Source: Cyanobacteria bacterium P01_D01_bin.156
GTDB taxonomy: Bacteria; Cyanobacteriota; Cyanobacteriia; Phormidesmidales; Phormidesmidaceae
NCBI GenBank assembly: GCA_039024555.1
Contig: JBCCQQ010000017.1
Coordinates: 1-64,000 of the forward strand
DNA: 64,000 nt
Direction: 5' to 3'
Positions 1-9,875 of the stretch are shown here, in pieces. A model generated the notes under the pieces. That model had not been told where the DNA came from. It did no database searches and saw only the letters and a program-made list of their open reading frames with translations. Made by a program: the position numbers and the translations under genes. Every line of letters starts with the position of its first letter. The stretch's first letter is position 1.

Positions 1-52
1 GGGAGAAGGTTGTCGGTACATTTCCCGAAGTAGGTGCAAGGGTTGTGAGCAT
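1..52 (-). CDS. Possible 5' end of the next gene of the glycan operon (partial, runs off the window)
   Basis: ATG at 52-50 on the minus strand opens MLTTLAPTSGNVPTTFS to the window edge, 72 bp downstream of the GT4 stop. Too short to assign. Confidence 0.3.
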   Translation of the reverse strand, partial: MLTTLAPTSGNVPTTFS

Positions 53-124
53 TTTAGCTAGTTTCCCGTGCACTTAAGCACGTCGCAATAGATTGAAACC
101 CTTGCAAAATCTGGGTGCCTGACT

Positions 125-1315
125 TTAACAGCAAACCCTACTTAAGGTGGCCAAAGCTGCTGCTGTAGATTTTGCTACGGCTTGCCAAGAATAATTTTGC
201 ATGAATAGTTCGTAGGCTTGGGCTGCCATTTGTTGAGCAGATGGTTGGTTTTGCCAGAGATGCATGACCTGGTCAACGATCTGTTTTGGGCTGTTGCCTA
301 TACATAGGTGATAATTATCCTTAGCCTGTAATCCTTCTGCTCCTTTAGTGGTGCTTACGACTGGGCAATGGCTAGCAAAGGCTTCTATAATCTTTAAGCG
401 AGTTCCTCCACCTTGGCGGAGAGGGACTATCATAACGCTGGCTGTCTGCAAGTACGGTCGGACATCGGCTACCATACCTGTGATGTGGATGTCCTGATCG
501 CTGTTGGCAGCTGTTGTCATAGCAGGAGTTGGGTCGCGTCCCACCAGCCATAACTGGCTATCAGAATAATATTTCTTCAGGGTTGGATAAATCTCGTTTA
601 TAGCTATTAAGGCTGCCTCTTCATTCGGTTGGTACGAGAACTTGCCTAGAAATAAAATCTGATGATTATCTCTGTTTTGTTGAGTTGTGGGCTGATAGAA
701 GTTAGCCTGTACGCCATTGGCAATGATTTTTACAGTATTACTAACACCATAAAGCTGTTGCAACTGCTGGGCGTCAACGGTACTACATACCCAGGTTTGG
801 TCAACCTGTCGTACAAACTTTTTTTCGATGTGGCGGATTTGTTTGAGTTTGTAAGGCTGAAGTCGATAGTCTTCTTTACTACCCTCGATATTGTGGTTGT
901 CTAAGATAATGGGACATGGGTAGTTTTTGACAACCGGTAGGTAGGGATAGAGCCACAGCTCTTCAAATACGATGAGTGTTGGTTGATATGTGTGTAATAA
1001 CTGGCGCAGCTGTTTGCTAGCTGCTGCTGTGTAGAGCCAGTCAGAATAGTAATATCCATCAGGCCGCAAAGGCCCCAGACGGTTTTTGATTTTTTCATGC
1101 CACGGGCGATTAGGGCTGGCAATATCGTAGTGACTGAGCTGAAACCCCTTTTCTGCAAGGGCTGCTGCTGTACTACTTCCCTTATAAACGGAGAAAATGG
1201 TCACATCTCCCTGGCGCTTTAGCAAATTAAGGGTTTGCCAGTTGCGTAGAGCCACTCCCCCTGTTGGGGGATAGGGAGGAACTTGAACAATGACAAGGCT
1301 ACGCCAGGTGCTCAT
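125..1315 (-). CDS. Glycosyltransferase family 4 (GT-B)
   Basis: N-terminal PYPPTGG, ILFLGKFSYQPN and PLRQGGGTRLKIIEAFASHCPVVST are typical GT4 motifs. Confidence 0.9.
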   Translation of the reverse strand: MSTWRSLVIVQVPPYPPTGGVALRNWQTLNLLKRQGDVTIFSVYKGSSTAAALAEKGFQLSHYDIASPNRPWHEKIKNRLGPLRPDGYYYSDWLYTAAASKQLRQLLHTYQPTLIVFEELWLYPYLPVVKNYPCPIILDNHNIEGSKEDYRLQPYKLKQIRHIEKKFVRQVDQTWVCSTVDAQQLQQLYGVSNTVKIIANGVQANFYQPTTQQNRDNHQILFLGKFSYQPNEEAALIAINEIYPTLKKYYSDSQLWLVGRDPTPAMTTAANSDQDIHITGMVADVRPYLQTASVMIVPLRQGGGTRLKIIEAFASHCPVVSTTKGAEGLQAKDNYHLCIGNSPKQIVDQVMHLWQNQPSAQQMAAQAYELFMQNYSWQAVAKSTAAALATLSRVCC

Positions 1316-1318
1316 AAA

Positions 1319-2113
1319 TCACGATGGATATCCTATGTCGTCAAGATAATGGGCGTAGGGCGTTTTAGAAAGAAAACCAGTAACCTCTTGATGATTTGCG
1401 ATCGCATCTTGCCAGCGACTAGATGATTGTTTGCGATAGTCACTTGTGACTGGTGATGAAGGAACTCCTAAAAACTCACAAATCTGATCCACTGTTTCCT
1501 GGTGTTGCACAGTACGTTGAAGATTATCTTCATAGGTTAACGATAAAATCTCCAACCCCTGTAGTAACTCTAGTTCATAGCTTGCTAATGTTTCACTACG
1601 CCGTATCCAATCCACTATACTTTCAGGCTCAACAGTAATGGCCTTAGCCTTAACAAGGCTATCGGTCTTTTTTTTGTGAAACCCTAAAACTCTAGCCCTA
1701 AGGTTAGAAATGGCGTGAAGAAAAAGATTCCGTCGGCGTAGATAGATAACCTTGAAACCAGCATTATTGAGACGATGTAAGAATTGCCGTCGTCTCACAA
1801 TAGGCTGAACATCACGAATCTGATAACTCAAAATTTTGCAACCATAGGCAGTTGCATGGGACTTGGCGCAGCAGCTCTGCAAATAAAGTTGGGGTAATAA
1901 AACTCGACGACTTAAAATTTCTCCATCGCATTGGATAGATTGAACACCATTCAACAGACTCACCAATGTCGTGCTGCCAGAGCGCCCTCGACCAAAAAGG
2001 ACAAACTTAACCGGAGTCAGGGAAGGACGCTTCAACAGATAGCTAGCTGTTTGTCGAATGTGTAAGTGAGGGTTTTGAAAAGAAAATGTATTCGTTAGAA
2101 GTTTCCCTATCAT
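1319..2113 (-). CDS. Sulfotransferase (Stf0-like)
   Basis: 5'-PAPS loop FVLFGRGRSGST, YLRRRN...S 3'-PB motif, LTYED. Overlaps the upstream sulfotransferase (ATGA). Confidence 0.8.
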   Translation of the reverse strand: MIGKLLTNTFSFQNPHLHIRQTASYLLKRPSLTPVKFVLFGRGRSGSTTLVSLLNGVQSIQCDGEILSRRVLLPQLYLQSCCAKSHATAYGCKILSYQIRDVQPIVRRRQFLHRLNNAGFKVIYLRRRNLFLHAISNLRARVLGFHKKKTDSLVKAKAITVEPESIVDWIRRSETLASYELELLQGLEILSLTYEDNLQRTVQHQETVDQICEFLGVPSSPVTSDYRKQSSSRWQDAIANHQEVTGFLSKTPYAHYLDDIGYPS

Positions 2114-3102
2114 GCTTTTTCTGCGCCAATGTCATGGGCTCGACGAAGGGATTGTCCCAGCAATCTAGTGCGCCACACCATGAGCTTGCGTTCCAGCTTC
2201 CAACGTAGTTTGGCTAGATTGAGAAGTATGTTTGCCCATAAGGTTAACGAATTTTGAGTATGCTCGGCATATCCATATCGCTTTTGTAAGGTCCCTGTCA
2301 AACTGTCCACAATTTCGATGTGGGCTGGCCATAGCTCCCGTTGCCATTTATCGATAGCGCTGTATTCTAAAGGCTTCAAAGTCTGGTTGAGGTGGGACAA
2401 TGCCCATCCCTGACGGTTGATAGTGGATATATTGTCAGCAGATCGCTGAGCCAATAATTGTTCGGAATAGTCCTCATTGAGAAAGCGGCAAATTCCTTTG
2501 AGAGTTAGCTCTGGTTGCTGTACTAAGTCTTCGTATCGGATGAGTTTAACGTGTCGATTGCTTTGCCATTGCCGCTCATAAAGTTGAGTGCTTTGACACC
2601 ATTGTTGAGCATGGACATGGACGTAATCACTGGCCCAGTCCATTTTTAACAGAGATGCCGTTACCGCCCTAGGATCTCTCAGCATCCAGAGCACCTGCGC
2701 ATTGGGAAACCAGGTTAAAAGTTGGTTTAGATGTTGATAGTGCAATGGAGTCTTTTCGCCCCAGCGAGGCTTTTGCCAGCGCTCCGCATAGACTTCTAAC
2801 CATCCTGTAAAAATAGCTGCATGGTTAAGAGAGCTTTTGGCCAATATGGCTTCTAGGGTTTTGTTGCTATCTATATCAAAGTAAGAGAATCGTTTACTTT
2901 GACTCAGGGCCTGCCAGAATGTCTCAAAGTCATGGATTTTACTCAGGTCTAAGTGACTATATTTGGGGACCCAATAGGTTAAAAAATGAGTCTCAGGAGA
3001 AATCGCAATGCGAGGGTGCCCTGAAAGAATCGTGGTTAACAGTGTAGTGCCCGAGCGGGGCATGCCAACAATAAAGATGGGCGATGGACCTGGTGTGGTC
3101 AT
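2110..3102 (-). CDS. Sulfotransferase family protein
   Basis: PIFIVGMPRSGTTLL, WGEKTP, LRDPRAVTAS and IRYEDLV motifs. Confidence 0.92.
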   Translation of the reverse strand: MTTPGPSPIFIVGMPRSGTTLLTTILSGHPRIAISPETHFLTYWVPKYSHLDLSKIHDFETFWQALSQSKRFSYFDIDSNKTLEAILAKSSLNHAAIFTGWLEVYAERWQKPRWGEKTPLHYQHLNQLLTWFPNAQVLWMLRDPRAVTASLLKMDWASDYVHVHAQQWCQSTQLYERQWQSNRHVKLIRYEDLVQQPELTLKGICRFLNEDYSEQLLAQRSADNISTINRQGWALSHLNQTLKPLEYSAIDKWQRELWPAHIEIVDSLTGTLQKRYGYAEHTQNSLTLWANILLNLAKLRWKLERKLMVWRTRLLGQSLRRAHDIGAEKA

Positions 3103-3263
3103 AGGCTATGGGCCGTTACGGTGCATTGGAAGCAGACGATATCCCCTGATAGTTGGGGGCTTTGTAGTGGCGGCTATAAGAGATAAAATGACTTGTGAGA
3201 CAGGTTGCCCGGCAAGATTGGAGAATGAAAAACTGCCTTAAATATGACTCATGTCTAGTGCAT

Positions 3264-4433
3264 TTAAGGTTTTGATTCTAGAAGAACCTGTTTTAAGACT
3301 GAGTCGATGGGGTGCATTTGGATTTTATACTTTTGTACTCCATCGTTGAGTTGTTGACGAACACTATCGATGTCCTTCAGTACCCTATCGACACAGCTGC
3401 AGGCTTGATGGGCAGTAAAGTTTTCCATTGGTATGCTCCATGCTTGTTGGTTGATGGCGTGCATAAACCCGGTTACTTTGGGGGCATATTCGATGGCAAT
3501 TACCGGCACTCCAAGGCCTGCTGACAAAATTACGGCATGGAGGCGGGTGCCAATCATCATATCTAACGTACTCAAGTGGTTGATTAACTCATCTAAGGAG
3601 CCTAAGCGACCAACAGGGATCAGTTTTTCTGAGTAACGACTCAGATTGAGAACTTCAGTAATGGCAACTTCGTCGTCAATTGTTGGCTTATATCGCTGTC
3701 GAAAATTCTCGGGATAGGCTTGGAATGGGATTAAGTGTACTTTGGCATTATGGGTTTCAACGAGCTGGTCTATGGTTTGGGCCAAATGGTTATAGAAGCT
3801 GGCATTGCTCATATTGTTTCGTCCAGCGATAGCCCGTACGGAAATGCCAATATTGGGGCGACTGTTGTTAGGAAAAGTCTGCAATGGTGAGACGGCTTCA
3901 AGCGCCAAATCGCTTATTATATAAACTGTTTTGCTAATCCCTAAGGCGGTGAGACGCTGGTAAGAGTCTGGATCTCGTACGGCGATAACATCCACCTGAT
4001 TCAGTGCGGCTTTAATTCTTGCTTTGGTTGCTGGTCGCCATAGGTTGCCAACGCTGATGCCAAGCACTAGAGTTCGTTTCCCAGATGCGATCGCTTTTTC
4101 CAAGGGGCGTAGCCATTCACCTGCCACATCACGATCGGCGGCATCCCGTAATAAATCACCGCCACCCAGAATAAAGTAACGGTGTTGCAGGATTGTCGTT
4201 GTCTGGCTTATCCACTGTTTTAAGCGAGCTCGTCTGCGCGGAGCATAGCGGTTATCTAGAGCCCTCAGTCCGTGGCGTTGTTGGGTATCGTCAGGATCTT
4301 TGGAATAAACAGTTAAATCATGATTTAGTCCACAGCGCTTCAGCCAATGGCATAGCCCATGCAACATAGCTTCATCACCCAGGTTGTGATAGCCATAAAA
4401 TCCACAAACTAAAATACCCTTATGCCAAATCAT
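3264..4433 (-). CDS. Polysaccharide pyruvyl transferase (CsaB/WcaK-like)
   Basis: GFYGYHNLGDEAML, GGGDLL, VRD and GTRLHAVI motifs. Likely start is the ATG at 4433; the ORF track extends to 4499. Confidence 0.88.
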   Translation of the reverse strand: MIWHKGILVCGFYGYHNLGDEAMLHGLCHWLKRCGLNHDLTVYSKDPDDTQQRHGLRALDNRYAPRRRARLKQWISQTTTILQHRYFILGGGDLLRDAADRDVAGEWLRPLEKAIASGKRTLVLGISVGNLWRPATKARIKAALNQVDVIAVRDPDSYQRLTALGISKTVYIISDLALEAVSPLQTFPNNSRPNIGISVRAIAGRNNMSNASFYNHLAQTIDQLVETHNAKVHLIPFQAYPENFRQRYKPTIDDEVAITEVLNLSRYSEKLIPVGRLGSLDELINHLSTLDMMIGTRLHAVILSAGLGVPVIAIEYAPKVTGFMHAINQQAWSIPMENFTAHQACSCVDRVLKDIDSVRQQLNDGVQKYKIQMHPIDSVLKQVLLESKP

Positions 4434-4595
4434 GATGTCAATGGACGTTCTGAGTAGAACTGTAATCACAAATAACGGATTGAACGCTATGGCATCCAAT
4501 CCGTTATAAACATTATGTTACTGAGCGTAGAGAGATGCTGCTGCTGACACCATTAACTGATTGAGCCAAGATTGAGCCAATGGTGCCTATCGAGC

Positions 4596-7500
4596 CTAAG
4601 GAATCGTGATGAAGAATCGGAATGCACCTACCTGATTGGACTCTACATCGAAATTAGAGTTGGGACCACCCAGTACTACTCCACCGCCAGCACCCCCATC
4701 CTCTGACCTTCTTGCAGGGATATCTGCAGGAAATTCACCAGGAGCCGATATGCAGGAATCAGCTAACGGTGACTGAGGTTGTCGAGCCGAAAGTTGACTA
4801 TCAGGGCCAAAGTCACTGTCATCCAATACAGTTCCTGCCGTGGATAGTGCGATCGGGCCAGCCAGCTCTAAGCTAGACCTATCCAAAACACTGGGTACCT
4901 GCAGTTCATCACAGATCTCAACATTTTCAGCCGTTCCTACACCAGCATTCCAAAAGTAGATAGTGTACTCAACCCTGTCTCCCGACTGAAGATTTAGCTC
5001 TACGTCAGTCACACCTACAGGCAGCGTGCCACCGGAGCGGTCGTTTAGAAGTGTGTCACTACCATTGGCAGTGTCACCGTCATCATTAAACCCATCAATA
5101 TTGGGGATATTCAGTGAATTACCGTTGCGAGTAACATCCGTAATCCGTTTTATCAAACGCAAGTCAGGTCCCAAGAATACCGGTGTGGGGTCGTTTTCAC
5201 CAACCTCATTGGGGTTGCCGTCCCCATCAGGGTCTGGGTCAGTGCCGTTGTCAGAGGCGTCATCTACCTGAGTTTGACTGGTTGTCCCAATACCAGAAGT
5301 AGTGGCCTGGTTGTTAAACCCATCTCCATCAGTATCGTCTGGAAAGTCAGGTTGATTTGAGTCAACGGTGATCGTAATGGGGATGGTTGCACTGGCCCCT
5401 TGCGGTAACGTCGAGGCGGTAGCGTCTAACAAATTAGAGTCGTTAGTGATGTTATAACCACCATTCAGCGTAATCGCAGCGCCGTTGTTCTCTAGTATTG
5501 TGCCAAGACTAAAGCTCGTAATATTGCCATCACCAAATGTGGGGTTGTTAGTGAGCGGGTCAATAAAGTCTTCAACAACCTGTACGTTATCGAGATCTTC
5601 ATTGCCAAGGTTTTCAATGACAAGCTCGTAAGTAAGGTTAAAGATGCCGCTGCCAGGAGATGTTTCGGTCGCATCTCCTGAAATCTGCTTAGCAATACCA
5701 ATAGCCGGTCCTGTTGGGAAGACTACCGGAGTCGGATCGTTTTCACCATCCTCATCAGGGTTGCCGTCTCCATCAGGATCGGGGTCAGTACCATTGTCAG
5801 AATCGTCATCTACTGGAGTTTGGCTGGTTGTGCCAACACCAGATGTGGTGGCCTGGTTGTTAAACCCATCATCATCAGTATCGTCTGGAAAGTCAGGTTG
5901 ATTTGAATCAACTGTGATGGTGATGGGGATAGTGGCACTGGCTCCTTGAGGCAAGGTCGAAGTTGAGGCATCTAGCAAATTCGAGTCATTATCAATGTCG
6001 TAATTGCCATTAAGGGTAATTGAAGCCCCATTAGTCTCTGTTACGCCACCAACATTGAAGGCCGTAATATTTCCGTCGCCAAATGTGGGGTTGTTAGTGA
6101 GCGGGTCAATAAAGTCTTCAACAACCTGTACGGTCTCGAGGTCTTCACCACCAAGGTTTTCAATGACGAGTTCGTAGGTAAGGTTAAAGATACCGCTGCC
6201 GGGGGCTGTTTCCGTCGGCCCATCTGAAACACTTTTAGCAATGCCGATAGCAGGAGCTGTTGGGAAGAATACCGGTGTCGGATCGTTTTCATTATTGGGT
6301 CCATCCGGATTATCCCCAGGAGGATCGGTTTGTTCATTGGGGTTGCCATCATCATCAGGGTCTGGGTCGGTGCCGTTGTCAGATTCATCATCTACCTGAG
6401 TTTGGCTGGTTACCCCCACACCAGATGTGGTGGCCTGGTTGTTAAACCCATCATTATCAGTATCGTCTGGAAAGTCTAGTTGAGTTGAGTCAACTGTAAT
6501 GGTGATGGGGATAGTTGCACTGGTATCTTCTGCCAAAGTCGAGGCTCCAGCATCCAGTAAGTTAGAGTCGTTAGTGATGTCGTAGCCAGCATTAAGCACA
6601 ATTGAAGCCGCACCACTGCCTGTTACGGTACCAACAGTAAAATCAGTAATATTGCCATCACCAAATGTGGGGTTGTTGGTGAGCGGATCAATAAAGTCTT
6701 CGACAACCTGCACGGTGTCAAGATCTTCATTGCCTAGGTTTTCTATGGTGAGATCGTAGGTAAGGGTAAAAATACCGCTGCCAGGGGCTGTTTCAGTAGG
6801 TCCTGCTGAAACTTCTTTCGCAATACCGATGGCAGGAGTAGCAACGTTTGGAGCTTGGAAGGCAATGTTGCCAATGGCAATAGCGTGGCGATCATTAAAA
6901 TCAGTACCTGGGCCATTGGCCAGCACTAGTGTGATTGTATCGACCGGATTGGAGAAATTAACCTGAACATTGCCCTCTTCAAAGTTGCCAACAGTTGTCG
7001 GCGTTGCAAGTGCTGGTTGTCTAGGAGAGTTAGCGTTTCGTGTAGGGTTGTTTGGATCATCCCCTACGCCTGCACCAGTAATAACCACCGAGTTATTTCC
7101 TGGATTTTCTTGGTTAAAGTCTCCTTCGGGAGATGTTTCACCGCCAGCGGTCAGACCGCCAACAGCAGTACCTCCAACACCTCCTACAAAGCCCGTCAGG
7201 GTGACTTGGTCTTGCCAGCGCACTTCGTTGCTGGTATTAAAAAGCACGTCTACGTCAAAGAGCTGAAACTCAGTCAGGGGGACTGTAATTGGGTTACCGG
7301 TACTCGTCTCAATAAACTCGATAGTGACTGTCGCCGGATTACCGTCATCGATGGGAACAAATAATGTTTCCGTATCTGCTGGTGAAGGGCTTACAAAGTT
7401 GGAGTCAGTGAGCGTGTTGTCCGGGTTATTGCCGACAGATAAATCGGCTCCTGTAACTGAAATACGGACATCAACGCCATTACCTTGTAAATCAGTGTAG

Positions 7501-7778
7501 GTGTTGGTCGTAGTCCCACTAGGAAAGTCAACATCGTTCCAGTTCAAGGTTGTGTTGACTTGGGCCATCGCTGCAGAAGCACTGGCTAAAACGCCAATAA
7601 ATGGCAGGCCCCAAGCTAGGGGCTGAATAAGTCTGCCATAGCCAGGTCTTTTTTCTGAATGCCCAGTACCAGTGAACGGGAGCCCGATCAAGCTGTCTTG
7701 CTTTGAATTGTTATCACAAAATTTCACGGCTGAATTCTCTAATAGTGCTCTAAGGGTCCTGACAGATGGGTCTGACAA
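4596..7778 (-). CDS. Large secreted Asp-rich adhesin-like protein with three near-identical DUF11/CnaB-like repeats and a C-terminal DUF11-like domain
   Basis: Signal-like segment LAWGLPFIGVLASASAAMA|Q. Repeats PAIGIAK...LTY.L.IENLG...NNQATTSG...DNGTDPDPDGDGNP. C-terminal LRLIKRIT...GDRVEYTIYFWN. Start codon uncertain. Confidence 0.8.
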   Translation of the reverse strand: MSDPSVRTLRALLENSAVKFCDNNSKQDSLIGLPFTGTGHSEKRPGYGRLIQPLAWGLPFIGVLASASAAMAQVNTTLNWNDVDFPSGTTTNTYTDLQGNGVDVRISVTGADLSVGNNPDNTLTDSNFVSPSPADTETLFVPIDDGNPATVTIEFIETSTGNPITVPLTEFQLFDVDVLFNTSNEVRWQDQVTLTGFVGGVGGTAVGGLTAGGETSPEGDFNQENPGNNSVVITGAGVGDDPNNPTRNANSPRQPALATPTTVGNFEEGNVQVNFSNPVDTITLVLANGPGTDFNDRHAIAIGNIAFQAPNVATPAIGIAKEVSAGPTETAPGSGIFTLTYDLTIENLGNEDLDTVQVVEDFIDPLTNNPTFGDGNITDFTVGTVTGSGAASIVLNAGYDITNDSNLLDAGASTLAEDTSATIPITITVDSTQLDFPDDTDNDGFNNQATTSGVGVTSQTQVDDESDNGTDPDPDDDGNPNEQTDPPGDNPDGPNNENDPTPVFFPTAPAIGIAKSVSDGPTETAPGSGIFNLTYELVIENLGGEDLETVQVVEDFIDPLTNNPTFGDGNITAFNVGGVTETNGASITLNGNYDIDNDSNLLDASTSTLPQGASATIPITITVDSNQPDFPDDTDDDGFNNQATTSGVGTTSQTPVDDDSDNGTDPDPDGDGNPDEDGENDPTPVVFPTGPAIGIAKQISGDATETSPGSGIFNLTYELVIENLGNEDLDNVQVVEDFIDPLTNNPTFGDGNITSFSLGTILENNGAAITLNGGYNITNDSNLLDATASTLPQGASATIPITITVDSNQPDFPDDTDGDGFNNQATTSGIGTTSQTQVDDASDNGTDPDPDGDGNPNEVGENDPTPVFLGPDLRLIKRITDVTRNGNSLNIPNIDGFNDDGDTANGSDTLLNDRSGGTLPVGVTDVELNLQSGDRVEYTIYFWNAGVGTAENVEICDELQVPSVLDRSSLELAGPIALSTAGTVLDDSDFGPDSQLSARQPQSPLADSCISAPGEFPADIPARRSEDGGAGGGVVLGGPNSNFDVESNQVGAFRFFITIP
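5175..6836 (-). repeat. Three tandem intragenic domain repeats (~582, 546 and ~534 bp)
   Basis: Long blocks such as CCAAATGTGGGGTTGTT.GTGAGCGG.TCAATAAAGTCTTC and TCAGTATCGTCTGGAAAGTC recur three times. Unit 1 has a 12-aa insertion, QTDPPGDNPDGP. Confidence 0.9.
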
Positions 7779-7799
7779 ATCAATCGGTCAACGCAAACG

Positions 7800-9875
7800 T
7801 TATTCAAGCTGTAAATCTGTTTCCAAGTTCTCGTAGATGATGTCGAGGCCGCGAGTATCGTTGAAGATAAACTCGGTGCGGCGATCGCGAGCATAGTCAA
7901 TACGCCCGGTTCCGTCAGATACTCTTCGGGTTTCTCCAAAGGAGCGGATGCGCATGCGTTCAGGGGCAATACCCTGCTGTAACAGATAATTTCTAGCCGC
8001 TAAGGCACGACGTTCACCGAGGGCTTGGTTATAGGCATTGCTGGCACGGGGGTCCGTATGTCCCTGAAGTTCTACAGTGATAAAGGGATATTCCTGCAGT
8101 ACCGCCACAATCTCATCCATGATGGCAGCTGCTTGGGGATTAATATCTGACTTGTCGAGGGCAAAGTGAATATTACGAGGAATCCTTAGAGTAACCGGCT
8201 GTTCATCAGCGGGGTCTTCCGGTTCTGGTGCCGGAGGAGGATCCTGGGCGATTTCACAGCTGGGCATCATGGAACTCACGGGGCCATCATTCAAGGTACC
8301 TACAGAGGTAATGGCTGATGGTTCGGAGGTGCCGTATACTGTATCGGTTGCGATCGCGCTCAACAGCGTCCCTTCCGGTGCATTTACTTCCACAGTAAAC
8401 TCTCCCGTATCGTCAGCAGCCATGACGGTAGTGACGAATTGATTAAGCGCTCCATAGTAGCCTACGCGATCAACCACCGTATAAATATCAACGGCTGTCC
8501 CTGGATCGGCGATACCGCTAAGGGTGGTCAATCCCCCGCTGATTGGAAAAACATAATCATCAAATTCGGGCGCATTTACAGCCCCGTTGGCCGTATCTCG
8601 CCGTCGCATGGGTGAATTGCGTGGCGGATTTGGACCGTCAGTACGCTGATAGTCTTGAATGCCAGTGTCGTCGTTAAAGGCCAGATCAACACTGAGACCG
8701 TCTAATGCTGCAAAGCTGTTGTCGCGAATAATATTACCCGTATTGCGAGGGTAAGATGCGATCGCCACCCCTGGCCCTGGCTGATGTTGAATCGTGTTGC
8801 CAGTTACCTGATGGCCGCTGCCCATCAGGTACACCGCGGCTCGTCTAAACCGACGACCATTAAACCGAATGTCGTTGTTGTAGATACGGGTCGACCCTTC
8901 CGGCTTAAACATAAATACACCGCTGCCGTCGGTGCCGCACATCAGATTGCCATAAATTTCTGCACCATCGATGTTGCCATCTAAACGAATGCCGTCAGGA
9001 ATACCCGCTACACCATTGGTGCGCATGGTATTTTCAGTCACCTCCATGCCCATGGCCCGAGCACCGGTAATAATGCCGCTGCCCTCGTGGAATTCAATGC
9101 GGTTACGCTGGATTACAGTATCGAGACCGTTAAAGACAAATACACCAAGGGCTGACATTTGTTCTTCTGCAGGCATCTGTCCCGAAGGAGACATTCCCAA
9201 CCAGTTATCTTCTACAGTCACACCCACTGGAGCGTCCGATTCATCGTCAGGGCGTAGGGTTTTCCAGCCAGGTGGGTTGGGTAACCCAGCATCTATGGGA
9301 GGAGCCAGATGAGAGATAAAAATATCGGCAGGTGGAGTGGTTTGGGTAGAGCGATGTCTGGAAGAAAAACCGTAGATGCTCAACCCCCGTACGGTTACAT
9401 CATCTGCTGTGATGGTTAAACCCCGAAGCACCTCTGACCCGTTAGCTGCCGTCAGTGCAACAACGGGTGTAGGCACCGGAGTCACCATAGTATCGGTGGT
9501 AGAAACAGGGCCATACCCAGGCTGGCTAGTGCCATCTACTAGGGTGCCTGCCGTTGTAATGGCAGGCAACAGAGACGTCAGAGCAATGGTGGTTTCACCA
9601 GACAAACTAAAGTTAATGACCGGACTAACCGCCGGAGTCACCATGGCTTGTTCTGCTGAACTGAGGTTGGTGACCGGTAGAGTGCCGTTAACCACCTCAA
9701 TGGCTTCCCTTAGGGTCAGTGCATCGTCGGCCCGCACCTCACCATCATCAGCAGAATTAACAATAACCGCATAGGAAGCGGTGGACTGGGCCATCGCGAC
9801 TGGAGCGCTCAATGGTAAGGTCATGGCCAATGCGGCTGGTCCTACCAAACTAGAAATGTGCATCATTGGTCTCAT
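7800..9875 (-). CDS. Secreted right-handed beta-helix protein with a C-terminal OmpA-like peptidoglycan-binding domain
   Basis: Signal peptide, CSLREA-like LTLREAI motif and PbH-type repeats. OmpA_C motifs IHFALDKSDI, GHTD, YNQALGERRA, DRRTEF. Confidence 0.88.
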   Translation of the reverse strand: MRPMMHISSLVGPAALAMTLPLSAPVAMAQSTASYAVIVNSADDGEVRADDALTLREAIEVVNGTLPVTNLSSAEQAMVTPAVSPVINFSLSGETTIALTSLLPAITTAGTLVDGTSQPGYGPVSTTDTMVTPVPTPVVALTAANGSEVLRGLTITADDVTVRGLSIYGFSSRHRSTQTTPPADIFISHLAPPIDAGLPNPPGWKTLRPDDESDAPVGVTVEDNWLGMSPSGQMPAEEQMSALGVFVFNGLDTVIQRNRIEFHEGSGIITGARAMGMEVTENTMRTNGVAGIPDGIRLDGNIDGAEIYGNLMCGTDGSGVFMFKPEGSTRIYNNDIRFNGRRFRRAAVYLMGSGHQVTGNTIQHQPGPGVAIASYPRNTGNIIRDNSFAALDGLSVDLAFNDDTGIQDYQRTDGPNPPRNSPMRRRDTANGAVNAPEFDDYVFPISGGLTTLSGIADPGTAVDIYTVVDRVGYYGALNQFVTTVMAADDTGEFTVEVNAPEGTLLSAIATDTVYGTSEPSAITSVGTLNDGPVSSMMPSCEIAQDPPPAPEPEDPADEQPVTLRIPRNIHFALDKSDINPQAAAIMDEIVAVLQEYPFITVELQGHTDPRASNAYNQALGERRALAARNYLLQQGIAPERMRIRSFGETRRVSDGTGRIDYARDRRTEFIFNDTRGLDIIYENLETDLQLE

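Noticed and set aside
94..115. TGAAACCCTT-like short motifs (also near 14500 on the minus strand, 33850, 38101 and 46570) as a MITE or REP family
   Set aside because: Only about 10 bp are shared, with no consistent inverted ends or target duplications; at most degenerate dispersed repeats.
4559..4580. 11-bp tandem duplication GATTGAGCCAA x2
   Set aside because: Only two copies with no spacer, so not a CRISPR; probably a local duplication.
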